Shown here: positions 9,916 to 20,885 of the stretch, piece by piece
Numbering within the stretch: position 1 is the stretch's first letter
Layout: every line of letters begins with the position of its first letter
Made by a program: the position numbers and the translations under genes
Notes under the pieces: model-generated
The model's database searches: none
What the model was told of the DNA's origin: nothing
What the model saw: only the letters and a program-made list of their open reading frames with translations
Assembly (NCBI GenBank): GCA_039189765.1
Contig: JBCCYL010000012.1
Coordinates: 1 to 64,000 of the forward strand
Length of the DNA: 64,000 nt
Source of the DNA: Cyanobacteria bacterium P01_F01_bin.150
Lineage (GTDB): Bacteria > Cyanobacteriota > Cyanobacteriia > CAKZMO01
Direction: 5' to 3'

Positions 9916-10907
9916 GCCTTCACCTCCTCTTTTCCCCTCACTTCCTCTAATGACTGCTGATTCGCCTCCAACCACTCTTGTTCTGCTGTAAGAACTTCTG
10001 ATGCCGTTAACTTTGAGTCCAGCAACCTCCGAACAGAAAACCAAAGAATTATCTTGTAACCCGCTAAATATTCAAGAGTTGTTTTTAACGGCAAATCAAA
10101 GTGAACTGCGATCGCTCCAATGTGGGTGTAGGTCAGTTTTCCTTCTAGTTCTGCAATTCGGCTTACCATGTCCCTGATAGGTTGCTCTAGCTCCTCTTCA
10201 ACTCTGAGCATCTCACGCACCCAAGCTTTGCCTCTTAGCCCTGATAGTCGATGTTTGCGTTGCGCTGCATCAATCATGCTTTACCTCCCGATGTCCTCAA
10301 AGTGGCAATACTTGTAAACAAAGATTCCTGAGTAAGTTGCTTATCTCTCTCGTGGGTTGCTTTTATCTGTGCAATCAAATCATCTCTATGCCGATCCGCT
10401 ATATCTGAACTAGAAACATCAAGTTCAAGCTCATCAACAACCTGCATCCAATAATTCCTAGTTGATGCTGGCAGCGGAATAGTCCAAGGCTTCTGAGACG
10501 CGATCAAACCGAGCATCAACCCCATGCGCAAATCTTCATTACGAATTAAGGGCCGAAACGCACAGGCTACCCGATCGCCAGGAAGCAGCATAGCGAAGCA
10601 CCACTCAAACTTATTGCGCTGCAATAGGAACAGTCGATCGACGAAATGATAAGAAGGCGTCATCATCTTATGCCCATTACGCATAGTGATAAAGCGAGTT
10701 TTCTTCTCTGGCAGTATCATCACTCACTCTTCTCCAACTCTAGGCTCAACTGCTCTATCCCAAAGAATTCACTCTGCACCGCTACCGAAAGATTCACGAC
10801 TTTGCACGCTGGCACGTAGCCAAAGACATGCATGTCAAACCCTGCTGGCATTTCTACGGCTTTCCCGCCCATGTTCGTCACACGTTCTGCGGGCAATCGA
10901 TCAAATA

Positions 10908-11657
10908 TCACGCTGCCTCCCGCTCTAATTGCAATACTCTCTGCAATGCGATCGCTGCACATTGAGGCACAACCGCATTGCCTAACCCTCTAAATCTGTC
11001 CAGCCTAGAGGAAATCCCATTACCCCCTCTGCATGAATTGGAAGGCATTTTCCATAATTTTGAGCACAAAAATCCCGGAACCTGTACTGGCACAAAGCCC
11101 CGCTTTTTCGACGACGGCCACGACAATTTATTTTGCTCCCACCCCCTCTTCCCTCGCTTGCAAGCGGAGTTGGGATACGCGACGACAAATACTCTGGCCC
11201 GTAAATGTTCCGCTCCCACGCTTGCCGCCGATACAGTTTGCCACTCCGCATCATACCCGCACTGGGAAAGCTCCCAGAGTACGGCTCCCATATCTCGCCC
11301 TTTTCTCCCAGTAAGGAGCGCGTGAACGTTCTCCAGTACGATGTAATTGGGTCTGCACTCGCTAACAACTCGCATGAGTTCGTAGAACAGTCCCGAGCGT
11401 TTACCTTCCAGTCCTCTACCACTTGGGTTTGCGCTGCTGACATCTTGACAAGGCCATCCCCCTGTAACAAGATCGTATCTTCCTCTATCTCCAGTGAAAG
11501 TTGTGATGTCGTCATGAATTGCTATTCCTGGGAAATTCTTTGCTAATACCTTTTGGCAATACGGGTCAATCTCGACAAATTGCTGAGTTTCAATCCCTAG
11601 CCAATGCGCTGCTAACGCAAAGCCACCAATGCCACTAAATAAGTCAAGGTGCCTCAC
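10908..11657 (-). CDS. dcm: C5-cytosine DNA methyltransferase, alpha chain (motifs I-VIII and X)
   Basis: LDLFSGIGG, GGWPCQ, ENV, HLRARVF, LGNAVVPQ; short (249 aa) and lacking motif IX. Confidence 0.92.
   Translation of the reverse strand: MRHLDLFSGIGGFALAAHWLGIETQQFVEIDPYCQKVLAKNFPGIAIHDDITTFTGDRGRYDLVTGGWPCQDVSSANPSGRGLEGKRSGLFYELMRVVSECRPNYIVLENVHALLTGRKGRDMGAVLWELSQCGYDAEWQTVSAASVGAEHLRARVFVVAYPNSACKRGKRGWEQNKLSWPSSKKRGFVPVQVPGFLCSKLWKMPSNSCRGGNGISSRLDRFRGLGNAVVPQCAAIALQRVLQLEREAA
10982..11515 (-). CDS. Nested out-of-frame beta chain of the C5 methyltransferase (carries motif IX)
   Basis: 177-codon ATG ORF wholly inside dcm in another frame; ends LPIHAEGVMGFPLGWTDL. Confidence 0.7.
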   Translation of the reverse strand: MTTSQLSLEIEEDTILLQGDGLVKMSAAQTQVVEDWKVNARDCSTNSCELLASADPITSYWRTFTRSLLGEKGEIWEPYSGSFPSAGMMRSGKLYRRQAWERNIYGPEYLSSRIPTPLASEGRGGGSKINCRGRRRKSGALCQYRFRDFCAQNYGKCLPIHAEGVMGFPLGWTDLEG

Positions 11658-11857
11658 TCCCTATCCCTCCAATACAAAATCACCTCTCCCCGCACCCCTG
11701 CGAGCCGTTGGCCCTACCAGCCTTATTCGCCTACTCCGCATCCGTTTCTCTGCGGCCCTGACCATTGCTTGGGCTAGGGATGCGTAGTCAATCGGCACCA
11801 GGTTAGTCCTCATTGTGCTGCCTCCATATTCGTGAAACGTCCTTTTTTGCCATTGGC

Positions 11858-12040
11858 TCATTGCACGTCAAATAAACTTGTTTGCACTAAACGTCTTACA
11901 GAATTACCTAGCTGTTCATCTTGTCGTTGGCTTAGCCACTTAATAAAACGCTGGCACTTTTGACAATATAAAGCCGAAAAATGTGGACCTTTACCATCTC
12001 TTATTTCCAGGTTTACTGAGTCGCAATGACTACATTTCAT
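11858..12040 (-). CDS. Small zinc-finger protein
   Basis: CSHC...GPH...CQKC. Confidence 0.6.
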   Translation of the reverse strand: MKCSHCDSVNLEIRDGKGPHFSALYCQKCQRFIKWLSQRQDEQLGNSVRRLVQTSLFDVQ

Positions 12041-14184
12041 GAGACTAAATCCTTGAACTTTGTATATTGCCCATCGAATGATAATCGAACTGTTCCGAGT
12101 GGTCCGTTTCGATGTTTGGTGATAATTACTTCTGCGACGCCTTTATCTAAACTCTCTTTGTTGTGCATCTCATCTCGATAAATCATCATAATGAGATCGG
12201 CATCTTGCTCAATCGCACCTGAGCTTCTCAAATCCGCTGACACAGGGCGTTTGTCGTTGCGCCCCTCTACACCCCTAGAGAGCTGAGATAACACATTAAT
12301 GGGGCAATTAAAGTCCCGTGCAATCGTTTTCAATTGCCTGGTAATTCTAGCCAAGTCGTTAACTACATCTCCATCAATGCCACCCATTATTTGGAGATAG
12401 TCAATAACAACCATACCAATTTTTTGGCCTGTTTGAGAAGTAAAAGTACGCAATCTTTGCCTAATTTCATCAACTCTTATTTCTCCAGTATCTTCAAAAT
12501 ATATTGGAGCATCCATTAGCCTATCTACAGCGCTATAAAGACGATTAGATTCCATATCGGAAAGTCGTCCACTTTTAAGCGTTGTGTTAACAATTTCGGC
12601 CTCAGAGCTAAGGAGTCTATAGACCAATTGTTCTTTGCTCATCTCGATACTGAAGACAATCACGGGCAATCCTTGATCAACTGCAATATTCCGAGCTTGA
12701 TTGATCACAAATGACGTTTTGCCAACACTTGGACGCGCAGCGGTAATAATCAGGCTAGAGTTCTGATACCCCTGAGTCATGAAATCTAGCTCTCGGTAAC
12801 CGACCTTTACTCCGCTAGTAGCGCCCGAGATAGACCGCTCTTCCATCTCCTGGAACACATTCGTGATGACATCTCCCACGGGAGACAACCCCTCGGATTC
12901 TTCACGAGATAGCCGACGGGCTAAAGCTTCAACCTCAGACTTAGATAAGCTCCAGTCACGAGCAATCTGATTCTTAAGAGGGATTGACTGGAACAGATTC
13001 CCCGCATCACAAACTTTGTTGTAGTTTGTGATTGCGACTCTTAACCTCTGCTCATCAGTTGCACCTTCTGGGGCTTCGTCCAAATCCACTGAGCCTGTCA
13101 CCTTGGGCAAGCTCTTCACAATTTCAGTGCCCATTAGCTTGAGGCGTCGCCACTGCCACCCTTTCACGCAAGACTCGATCAACTCCGGCTTCAAAGAAGG
13201 CCCAGGTCGTGACCCTTGGGCTGATTTCCAAATTGAATCCCACTCCCGTTGCGCCCAATCATCAGAGCTGCACTTGCGGCAGTATTCGATAAACAGCGAA
13301 TACGGGTCACCATCGTAACGTTGGCCAATGCCTAACAGGTAATTTGAGGTTCCGATCAGGTCACGGGCCAACGAGGCCCCATTGTCGTTGCGGTTATCCC
13401 TTGCACCCTGAACAAGTAAGTCTCGGTTTGTGCGACTGATGCACACATCGAGCGGGACTCTTTCCTGAATTGGGAGGCTAAAATCACGGTCAAACTCGCT
13501 CCACTTAGGAGATTTAGGGTCAGGACCCTCTTGAATAGCTAGACACCCAAAAAGCGGCTCATCAGGATCAGCATTTGGAACTAACCGACGCAAGCTCTCA
13601 TAGCTATACCGAAATCCCGATGCAGATACGATTGTTGACGGATTCCCTGTCCCAGCATGAAAACACCCAGCAAGCCTCATCACCCGACTAGGGTTTTTTA
13701 GACTACGGTCAGCATCTGCATACTCAAGCAAATCAGCCTGGAGCGATCGCCATTCCCCAACACTGCATGATTCAGCTAACACCCAATAGCTATGGACAGA
13801 CTTCCCGCCTGTATCGACCTGCAAAGTAGGCTCAGGCAAACCCAATGAGGACCACAATGCTGTAGAAACTTCCTTGGATAGCTGGTCGTGCTCATAGAAA
13901 AAAGCACGGCATTCTTTGATATCAGCGTCTTTGTGACCCCCAGGATTCACAACAACGTAGATGCCTCTGCCCTCACGACTCCATTGAGCTAAATCCTGGG
14001 TTGGTAGAGATGGATATTTGAAATTGCACTTGCGCCCCTGGTCGGAATGTTCGCTCTTTGATGGGTAGAAGGCTCTCAGACAGACGTTATCGTTTTTTTG
14101 ATAGCCCAGCGCGTGCAAGTGCGAAATGATGTCCTTGCCGCTTAATTTCTGAGCAGCCGGATTTGCTTCGATGGCCATATTCAT
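12037..14184 (-). CDS. dnaB: RepB-type primase fused to a DnaB-like replicative helicase
   Basis: N-terminal DTGGKSVHSYW and KNPSRVMRLAG; C-terminal ARPSVGKT, VIDYLQ, LSQLSR, DLRSSGAIEQDAD, KHRNG. Confidence 0.9.
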   Translation of the reverse strand: MNMAIEANPAAQKLSGKDIISHLHALGYQKNDNVCLRAFYPSKSEHSDQGRKCNFKYPSLPTQDLAQWSREGRGIYVVVNPGGHKDADIKECRAFFYEHDQLSKEVSTALWSSLGLPEPTLQVDTGGKSVHSYWVLAESCSVGEWRSLQADLLEYADADRSLKNPSRVMRLAGCFHAGTGNPSTIVSASGFRYSYESLRRLVPNADPDEPLFGCLAIQEGPDPKSPKWSEFDRDFSLPIQERVPLDVCISRTNRDLLVQGARDNRNDNGASLARDLIGTSNYLLGIGQRYDGDPYSLFIEYCRKCSSDDWAQREWDSIWKSAQGSRPGPSLKPELIESCVKGWQWRRLKLMGTEIVKSLPKVTGSVDLDEAPEGATDEQRLRVAITNYNKVCDAGNLFQSIPLKNQIARDWSLSKSEVEALARRLSREESEGLSPVGDVITNVFQEMEERSISGATSGVKVGYRELDFMTQGYQNSSLIITAARPSVGKTSFVINQARNIAVDQGLPVIVFSIEMSKEQLVYRLLSSEAEIVNTTLKSGRLSDMESNRLYSAVDRLMDAPIYFEDTGEIRVDEIRQRLRTFTSQTGQKIGMVVIDYLQIMGGIDGDVVNDLARITRQLKTIARDFNCPINVLSQLSRGVEGRNDKRPVSADLRSSGAIEQDADLIMMIYRDEMHNKESLDKGVAEVIITKHRNGPLGTVRLSFDGQYTKFKDLVS

Positions 14185-14747
14185 GATGCGGCCTCCAAAA
14201 GCGAAACAGATTTAAGCTGGCGAAGATACTCAATCCGCTCAGAAAAATCTAGATCGCTGACTAGCATCTTCCCTGGAACCGCATAAGCCTCTGGGATTTG
14301 GGCACTTATGCCTAGGCGATTCATTTCGGAAACAAGCTGTGCGTTAACCTTTTCAATCGTTAAGCGCTCCTGTCCACTAAGGATTGAAGCTCGAATGTAT
14401 TCACGGATAAACTCATCTCGACCTTTGCGATCCGGCCTGCTTAAATAGCTGGGCAAACCCCTGGAGATTTCATCCAAGTCAGAAGAGCCTAGCTCAATCT
14501 TTTCCCATTCCCGCTTAGCCTTGTCCATCGCTTGTGGATTGGACAACTCAATAAAACGCTCTAGAGGTGGGAAAAACCTCTCATGAGCTAACACCCCTTT
14601 GCAAGCCTCTTTAAACTCAGCGGCACTCAAAATGCTCAAAATGTCATACATCCGCATCATCAAGGGCTTAGAGATCTCTTTCCCGTACCATTCAGCGAGT
14701 AGGGCCATCTCAGCCGCAAAATCTTCAAGCTTAAGCGCATCTTGCAT
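14181..14747 (-). CDS. Putative helicase loader (lambda P position)
   Basis: LSAAEFKEAC...RFFPP motif; lies between the initiator and the helicase. Confidence 0.5.
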   Translation of the reverse strand: MQDALKLEDFAAEMALLAEWYGKEISKPLMMRMYDILSILSAAEFKEACKGVLAHERFFPPLERFIELSNPQAMDKAKREWEKIELGSSDLDEISRGLPSYLSRPDRKGRDEFIREYIRASILSGQERLTIEKVNAQLVSEMNRLGISAQIPEAYAVPGKMLVSDLDFSERIEYLRQLKSVSLLEAAS

Positions 14748-15738
14748 TTGTCATGCCCTCCTCTTCGAAATACTGCATGTACTGCCGAAATAGTCTCTCT
14801 GCGTTGCTTTGTGGCGGTGGCAAGTCGTCTTTCGCTCGTGATCGCCATCTTTCAGCCAAGCCCGTTGCCTTGTCGTTGCTCAAGAAGTTTTCCATTGCCA
14901 AGTTCTTGCCCTGATACCAACCCTCAACCGCAGCCTGAGCCAATGCATCCTGCAAGACCGGAAGCGAATCGTCCCCATGGTCTTTGACAAGCTGATTCAG
15001 TTGTCCCACTCTCCGAGAGCTAAGTTTTGAACACCCCGCAAAGCAATCGAGCTTGTGCTCATTCCAACAAATTCGGAACGGCTCCAAATCCTTGGCAGTC
15101 AGTTTTTTCTTTTTGGCGGAACTTTTTCTTTTTTCCGTTCGCCCATTCTCATGAATTAGCTCGTTTCCACTTGGGCATCCCAATTCTTGTTTTTGCCCGT
15201 TATCACTTTTGGGGACTACAGGGGGAATACCTTCATTTGGTACCTTACTTTTAGTACCTTCTATGGGAGTACCTTCGTCAGCCTCTCGCGGTAGGGGTAC
15301 CCCTACCTGATTCGGTACCCCACCCCTACCTGATTCGGTACCCCACCCCTGGCCTGTTTCGGTAGGGGTGTTTTCGGTAGGGGTACCTGATTTGGTAGTA
15401 GACCTTGCTTCTTGCTTGAGAGAAATAAATTCTTCGGGAGACACCCATGCCTCAAAATGATTAGGGTGGATTATTGTACTTTTGCCTGGTCTCTGCTCAA
15501 GGGATAGAAGATTGCCTTTTTGCATTGCATGAATTGCTGCTCGTGCTGTTTTCTCATTCATCCGGCAATGGCTTGCCGTTTTTGCGATCGATTCGAAGCA
15601 TCCTCTATCCGTTCCAGCTCGACGAGAGATGTGACAGAATACCCTGAACTCATTGGCGTTTAGTGGATAGTCATCCAATGCAGCAGGGATAAAAGCGCCA
15701 TAGTCAGGACGGTTGCCCACAGAAGAGTAATCACTCAT
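14731..15738 (-). CDS. Phage replication initiator (lambda O-like)
   Basis: N-terminal wHTH (EFRVFCHISRRA...SIAKTASHCRMNEKTARAAI), low-complexity linker, helical C-terminus; contains iterons. Confidence 0.8.
   Translation of the reverse strand: MSDYSSVGNRPDYGAFIPAALDDYPLNANEFRVFCHISRRAGTDRGCFESIAKTASHCRMNEKTARAAIHAMQKGNLLSLEQRPGKSTIIHPNHFEAWVSPEEFISLKQEARSTTKSGTPTENTPTETGQGWGTESGRGGVPNQVGVPLPREADEGTPIEGTKSKVPNEGIPPVVPKSDNGQKQELGCPSGNELIHENGRTEKRKSSAKKKKLTAKDLEPFRICWNEHKLDCFAGCSKLSSRRVGQLNQLVKDHGDDSLPVLQDALAQAAVEGWYQGKNLAMENFLSNDKATGLAERWRSRAKDDLPPPQSNAERLFRQYMQYFEEEGMTNARCA
15290..15400. repeat. Iteron cluster; probable replication origin inside the initiator gene
   Basis: CCCCTACCTGATTCGGTACCCCA twice in tandem (15300-15345), plus TTTCGGTAGGGGT twice and TACCTGATTTGGTA. 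Confidence 0.75.
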
Positions 15739-16459
15739 TACGCATCCTCCCCTGATCCGAAAAGACTTGCCGTGTAGAATGAGAAAAAGCCCGATGCCTC
15801 ATCAAAGGCCCTAGGAACTTTACCAGAATGCGTTGTTAGTTGTAACCGAAACATGCTACTATTGACTTGCAGCCAATAGAAAGCGAAAGTATTTTTAGAC
15901 ATATTGCTACCAGGTAATTTGTCGTAACCCCTGAGGAATTGCAGTTCCTTGGGGGTTTTAGCTTTCGGTGGCTTGGCGTCCTTTTCGTCTAAAATGCTTG
16001 TATGTCCCATTATAGCGTATTGAGTTGTAACTAGTGACGACAATTAAGGAATCTGAGGCGGTAAACGAGGTCCATGTCGGGTTTGAGTGCACTGATCGGC
16101 AAAGGCGAATTTTGGATGCTTTTGTTAGGCAAAGGGGGTCTAACCTCGCTCATGAGATCCGCCTTTGGATCGAATCCCTCGAACCCGAACTCTACGAGCC
16201 GTTAGACCCTGAAGGCTGAGTCCGCCCCAGTGGGCTGATATCGATGTCCGGTTGTGTTGGCGGCTCGTCGTCGATGTACTCGAAGGTGCCGTCAGAGTGT
16301 TGTTTGGTCACTGACTGCCCCATATTCTCGACGCTGTATCCTGCGTTCTGGATAACTTGCGCACAGCGACCGTTCAGGTCAGCCGCGATAAGTGAGGGGG
16401 TGTCAATGTCAGTAGCATCGATTGTGAAGCTGAGGTGTATTTGTGTGGTGGTCATGGTG

Positions 16460-16798
16460 TTACTCGCTTATCTGTTGTGCGCTGATGATGTTTCTGTAGC
16501 TAGATAGCAATGGGATTCTCCACCCCACTGTTTCGGCCTGGTATGTTCCACCTCCTTTTATTCGCCCATGAAGGTCACTGCTATTAAATTTGCGATACCA
16601 AAGACTGTCTGTGTTTTCGAATGTGCCTTGGTCGGTATAAACCAGATATTTGCAATCATCGCTACCGCTGCACACTCGCTCAGAACTAGTCATATTTAAC
16701 ACCTCGCTTTGATAAGTGGACGTGTAACTAGTTGACAGTCCCCATATCCCGACTGGGACGGCAATGCCTGCGATTAATACCGCTTCCCAAATTTTCAT
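16460..16798 (-). CDS. Conserved phage membrane-anchored protein
   Basis: N-terminal hydrophobic helix; KYLVYTD...FENTDS...GWRIP...YRNII pattern. Confidence 0.55.
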   Translation of the reverse strand: MKIWEAVLIAGIAVPVGIWGLSTSYTSTYQSEVLNMTSSERVCSGSDDCKYLVYTDQGTFENTDSLWYRKFNSSDLHGRIKGGGTYQAETVGWRIPLLSSYRNIISAQQISE

Positions 16799-16932
16799 TT
16801 CGCTTTTCTCCTAGTTCTCTCCAAAAATTGCCGTTACCAGATCCTCTATGGCCCTCGGCGCTCCCGCGACTCCCCACAGAAGGCCGAGGGCAAAGAAGCC
16901 GAGGATGATAATGTGTGAGTGTTGCACAGTGG

Positions 16933-17769
16933 TCATGATGCTCGCACCAGTTGAGGTTGCAATGTTTGCGTTGATGCCTCATATCCATCAACAATCCGTA
17001 CTAAATCCTTGTACTGCTGCAATGAATATCCAGCCGATGGTGGAGGCATTCCTGCATTAGAGGCTAAATCTCTAACCGGGATTTCTTCCTGGTCACACCT
17101 TATGACCAAGTCCTTCACTAACTGGCCAGGGTTTGGCTGCTGAATAACAGTAGTGCTTTGAACCTCAATTACGTCCATCTCTTCTCGGGTATATAACCCG
17201 CTTAGATCGTTGGGGAACGCAGCTCTTAAAGCCAAACTTTCTGCCACTTTGGCCAACATATGAGATGGCATGGACTGCCACATGGGAGATAGCTTTTGAC
17301 CTTTTGTCTTTTTGTCTCGATACGTTTGAGCGTATTCTTTCCACAACGCAACCCTTACAACAGGCTCTCTGAAACCTTGCTTGTGGACTCCTACTTTAGC
17401 TGCTGCTGGGGGTTCATCGCTTAACCAGACATCAACCCATTGGCCATCTTGGCCACACCACAATGGAGCCGTCGCGCCTTCCCATTTCCCTGTCCTTTCA
17501 GCAATTAGCCTAAATCCATCAATAGATGTTTGGATGGACATTTTTGAAACGTAACCGCCAGCTTTCGAGTCGTAAACGTTACGACTGATTGCGTAAATTT
17601 GTCTAGCAAATGGGTCTAGCCCTGTTCGCTCACAAACCGCCATAAATAGCTGCAATTCATCGTTACTGCAATCAGGCGCTATCTGTGATTTAAGAAGCGC
17701 TATCTTACTGTCGTCAAACTCAATAGGCGCTAGCTGCCCTGGCTGGACCAACGCTAATTCACTTGCCAT
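16933..17769 (-). CDS. bet: Phage recombination protein Bet/RecT (ssDNA annealing)
   Basis: GLDPFARQIY, IDGFRLIAERTG, MLAKVAESLALRAAFP..LSGLY..EEM. Confidence 0.92.
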   Translation of the reverse strand: MASELALVQPGQLAPIEFDDSKIALLKSQIAPDCSNDELQLFMAVCERTGLDPFARQIYAISRNVYDSKAGGYVSKMSIQTSIDGFRLIAERTGKWEGATAPLWCGQDGQWVDVWLSDEPPAAAKVGVHKQGFREPVVRVALWKEYAQTYRDKKTKGQKLSPMWQSMPSHMLAKVAESLALRAAFPNDLSGLYTREEMDVIEVQSTTVIQQPNPGQLVKDLVIRCDQEEIPVRDLASNAGMPPPSAGYSLQQYKDLVRIVDGYEASTQTLQPQLVRAS

Positions 17770-17778
17770 TTCGTTCTC

Positions 17779-18516
17779 CTAGAATGGAATTTCTTCAAAT
17801 GCTGCTTGCGTAGGTGCAACCTGATTAGTCATTGGCTCATACACTGGAGTTACAGGCTGAGCTTGCTGTGTATTTTGATGGAATTGGCGATCGCTTGGCT
17901 CACTGTGTCCCCTGCTGCCAGCAAAGGGGTTAAACTTCTCCGCTACAACGACCAACTTGAATCGGTCTTGCCCAGTCGCTTTGTCTTTCCACTGTTGAAT
18001 ATTGATACGTCCTGCGATGGAAACCGTAGCCCCCTTGCTGTTGTATTGAGCCATTAGCTCAGCTTGTTTGCCCCATAGCTCTACGTTTATCCAATAGGGA
18101 GGCTTATCCTTGCCTGCATAGAGAGCTACTGAGTTTTCTGTTTTGCAGCTTCCTGATTCGTAATAGCGAAGGTCTGTATCACGCCCTAGTTTGCCTGTTA
18201 TCTGTGCTTTGAATACTTCAATCAACTGAGAGTGTGGAGCAAGGACAGATAGTTTTCTTGCCACCACTTCAAAGCCGTAACCACGCTCTTTTCCGTAGAC
18301 GCACAACTCGCCCTGCTCTACTAGAAGTAACTGCCCTGGCTGTATTGCTGCGAGCGTTTCGGCTGTCTTACCGTAACAGCTTACGGCAAGACCTACATAT
18401 GAATCTCTGCCGTCAGGGCAGTTCACAAATACTTGCCCTACCGTTGTTTGCCCATCGTTGGCGTATCGTAGTTGCCCAGCCGTTGCTGCCGGAGCCATTA
18501 AAATTACGTTATTCAT
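17779..18516 (-). CDS. ssb: Single-stranded DNA-binding protein with tandem OB folds
   Basis: Two OB repeats; GKLGRDTDLRYYESG, WINVELWGKQAE, C-terminal EEIPF. Confidence 0.9.
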   Translation of the reverse strand: MNNVILMAPAATAGQLRYANDGQTTVGQVFVNCPDGRDSYVGLAVSCYGKTAETLAAIQPGQLLLVEQGELCVYGKERGYGFEVVARKLSVLAPHSQLIEVFKAQITGKLGRDTDLRYYESGSCKTENSVALYAGKDKPPYWINVELWGKQAELMAQYNSKGATVSIAGRINIQQWKDKATGQDRFKLVVVAEKFNPFAGSRGHSEPSDRQFHQNTQQAQPVTPVYEPMTNQVAPTQAAFEEIPF

Positions 18517-19782
18517 CTCTAAAATTCCTCAACCTCGTTATCCAATGTCCCTGTCCCCACCTCAACCCACCCGACCAAGCGCGCCCCGTCGGGGAAACCA
18601 TTGCGCTAGGGCGGTCTTGTGTGGGCATTCGTACAGCCCTGACGTCTTCGATGCCGTTCAGTTCTACTCGGGCCAAATGCAGCCAGTTGCAGCCGTCAGA
18701 CACCCAGGGGAGATAGGCAATCGCGTCATAGGTGGGGACAGCTCGCCCATCTTGCTCTATTAGTTGCTGTTCTAATTGCTGGCTTAGTCGCATCTCTTCC
18801 CAATGCTGCACTGAATATGCGCGGCCTTGCTCAGTGTCGTAGTTGTCGCCCAAGTGAGCGATCGCCGCCGAAACGAATGCCTTACGCTCTATGTCTCTAT
18901 ATGCTGTCGTCAGCCTTCGGTCTTGACGTTTCATTGTCATTGAGTTTCTCTATCCCATTGCGTAGTGTGCTGAGTGCTGCCCAGAATTCGCTCTCGGTCA
19001 TAGTTTGTCAAAACTAATGGTGAGCTGCCTGATTACATCGGGGTAACTGGCAAACCCCGCTTCTTGAAGCTTTGCTAATACGCTCCTGACAGCATTTGCA
19101 CTGGGCGATTTTTCTTTACCCTTGAGAGTCTCGGCTGTCCATTCGAGCTGAAATTGCACTATTTCAAAGTCAGCATTCTCGTCCATTCCGGGCGCATCGA
19201 TCATTAGAGCAAAGCAGATATAAGACGCTTCCTTAATGAGGCCGCTTACCCAGAATTCTTTAAGCTGCTGAGATGACAGCATTAAGGGCTTGCGGTCATA
19301 CTCTGCAAACGTTTTGGCTAACTGTTGCCCGTCTATTTCGAGTTCAGATTGCACTTTTTCTTGCACGGTTCATCTCCCACTTGTAGGCTGAATTGTTAGA
19401 CGGTTCTCTCGCACCAAGAGAGGTGAGTCCAAACACCTTTGCTGCGATACACATGGCCAATAGCTTCTCTCCTATAACGGACAATTCGAGTTCGACCTCC
19501 TGGGGACGCTTTCACCTGTGTTAAATCCACCAAGTCGCTGATTAGATTACTCAATTGAGACTCCTCCAAACGTTGTGGGTCGTCCAGCAGGCGCAGGCTC
19601 TAGATTAGGGATAATTACATCGTCTAGATACTGTCCCATTCCCTCCATAGGCTCGGACACTGTGGCAGCAGGATGTACCGAAGTATCTCGTCTTGGAGCA
19701 AGAATATTAGGCTTTTTAGCCACTCGGATATTTGCACCGCTACTGTTGATAGCGGCTTGTTTTGCTGGGCCTATTTTCATGT

Positions 19783-20484
19783 CTATTTTTTGTTTTTCTT
19801 GAAGTGGAAGTAGCTAACGCATCCGCCTACTTTGCCAGGACGGATGTCAAATACTGCGTCGTAAATCTGACGTTGACTATGTGGCACTCCATCCTTGAGG
19901 TACGCCACGCGCCCCGATATTTTATGGATGTGATGAATGTGACAATCTAGCTGAGAAAACTGCGCATTCCTCCCCTGAGCTTGGTCCCAGTCGTGGGGGA
20001 GCAGATACAATAGGCGCTGGCTTGGAGAACTGCTATCAAGAACTTCAAGTCCTTTTTTAATTGCATCTACAGCCCTGGAGAAGGGCGGGTTAGTGCATAC
20101 AACATCAATGGGCAAACAGGACCAATACTTGAATTCACCCGAAAAGAAATCAGAACAGCTAGGGGGATAAAGGGCAGGAAAACTTACATTCTTTATAAGT
20201 TCTGCATAACGAGCCGGGTTATTCTCGCCGCATATCAACTGCCCTGGTCGAAAAAACTTAGCTATCTGCCCCGTTCCTGCAAAGGGTTCAAGCACCATCT
20301 CATTGGGCTGGACTAAAGCCGCCATAAAAGCGGCTAAGCTGTCAGGCGTCTCCCAATCGTCAGGGGACCAGGCAGGGATGGGGGTAGAATGATGGGATGT
20401 CTCTGTTACTGGAGATAGAGCCGCTCCTAGTTCGTGGTTGGACTGTGATGGAGCGGTTTCTTGCTTTGTGGTTGTTGGGGTCAT
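19783..20484 (-). CDS. Amino (N6-adenine-type) DNA methyltransferase
   Basis: DDWETP, LEPFAGTG, TNPPFS. Confidence 0.85.
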   Translation of the reverse strand: MTPTTTKQETAPSQSNHELGAALSPVTETSHHSTPIPAWSPDDWETPDSLAAFMAALVQPNEMVLEPFAGTGQIAKFFRPGQLICGENNPARYAELIKNVSFPALYPPSCSDFFSGEFKYWSCLPIDVVCTNPPFSRAVDAIKKGLEVLDSSSPSQRLLYLLPHDWDQAQGRNAQFSQLDCHIHHIHKISGRVAYLKDGVPHSQRQIYDAVFDIRPGKVGGCVSYFHFKKNKK

Positions 20485-20735
20485 GCGGCTTCTCTCCTGC
20501 CTCTCGCCCACTTATAAGCAGTTCTCAGTGATATCACCTCTTTACTGTATCGCTGAGTGAGCTGACGGTGAGCATCAGAAACGTTTTGAGCTTCCCCAAG
20601 AATTTCAAAAAAAGTCGGTTTATATCGGGTGGTGGCTTTTGCCACGGTCAACACTCCTTTTGCATTAGTGCAAATTCGCTGCAAATAAAAAGCCCGTGCG
20701 TGGGCTAGCCGAAACTGTTCAGGAAAAGTATGCAA
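20481..20735 (-). CDS. Putative Cro-like regulator
   Basis: First gene after the leftward promoter; C-terminal HTH-like ISLRTAYKW. Confidence 0.4.
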   Translation of the reverse strand: MHTFPEQFRLAHARAFYLQRICTNAKGVLTVAKATTRYKPTFFEILGEAQNVSDAHRQLTQRYSKEVISLRTAYKWARGRREAA

Positions 20736-20761
20736 GACATGCTGTTTGCTGTCTTATTCCT

Positions 20762-20855
20762 AAGATAGTTATTTGTTTTCCTAAAGTCAATAAAGAAATA
20801 TTTATTTTCAGAAAAACAGGGTGTTGTTTCTGAAAATTGTTTTTCGAGAAACAGG
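20762..20855. promoter_or_regulatory. Divergent switch: leftward sigma70-type promoter plus operator-like inverted repeats
   Basis: Minus strand TTGACT(20790-20785)-N17-TATCTT; ATTTTCAGAAA/TTTCTGAAAAT (20804-20837) and related TGTTTT..GAAA sites. Confidence 0.65.
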
Positions 20856-20885
20856 ATGTAAACTAGAACTGGTACTTGATGAGGG

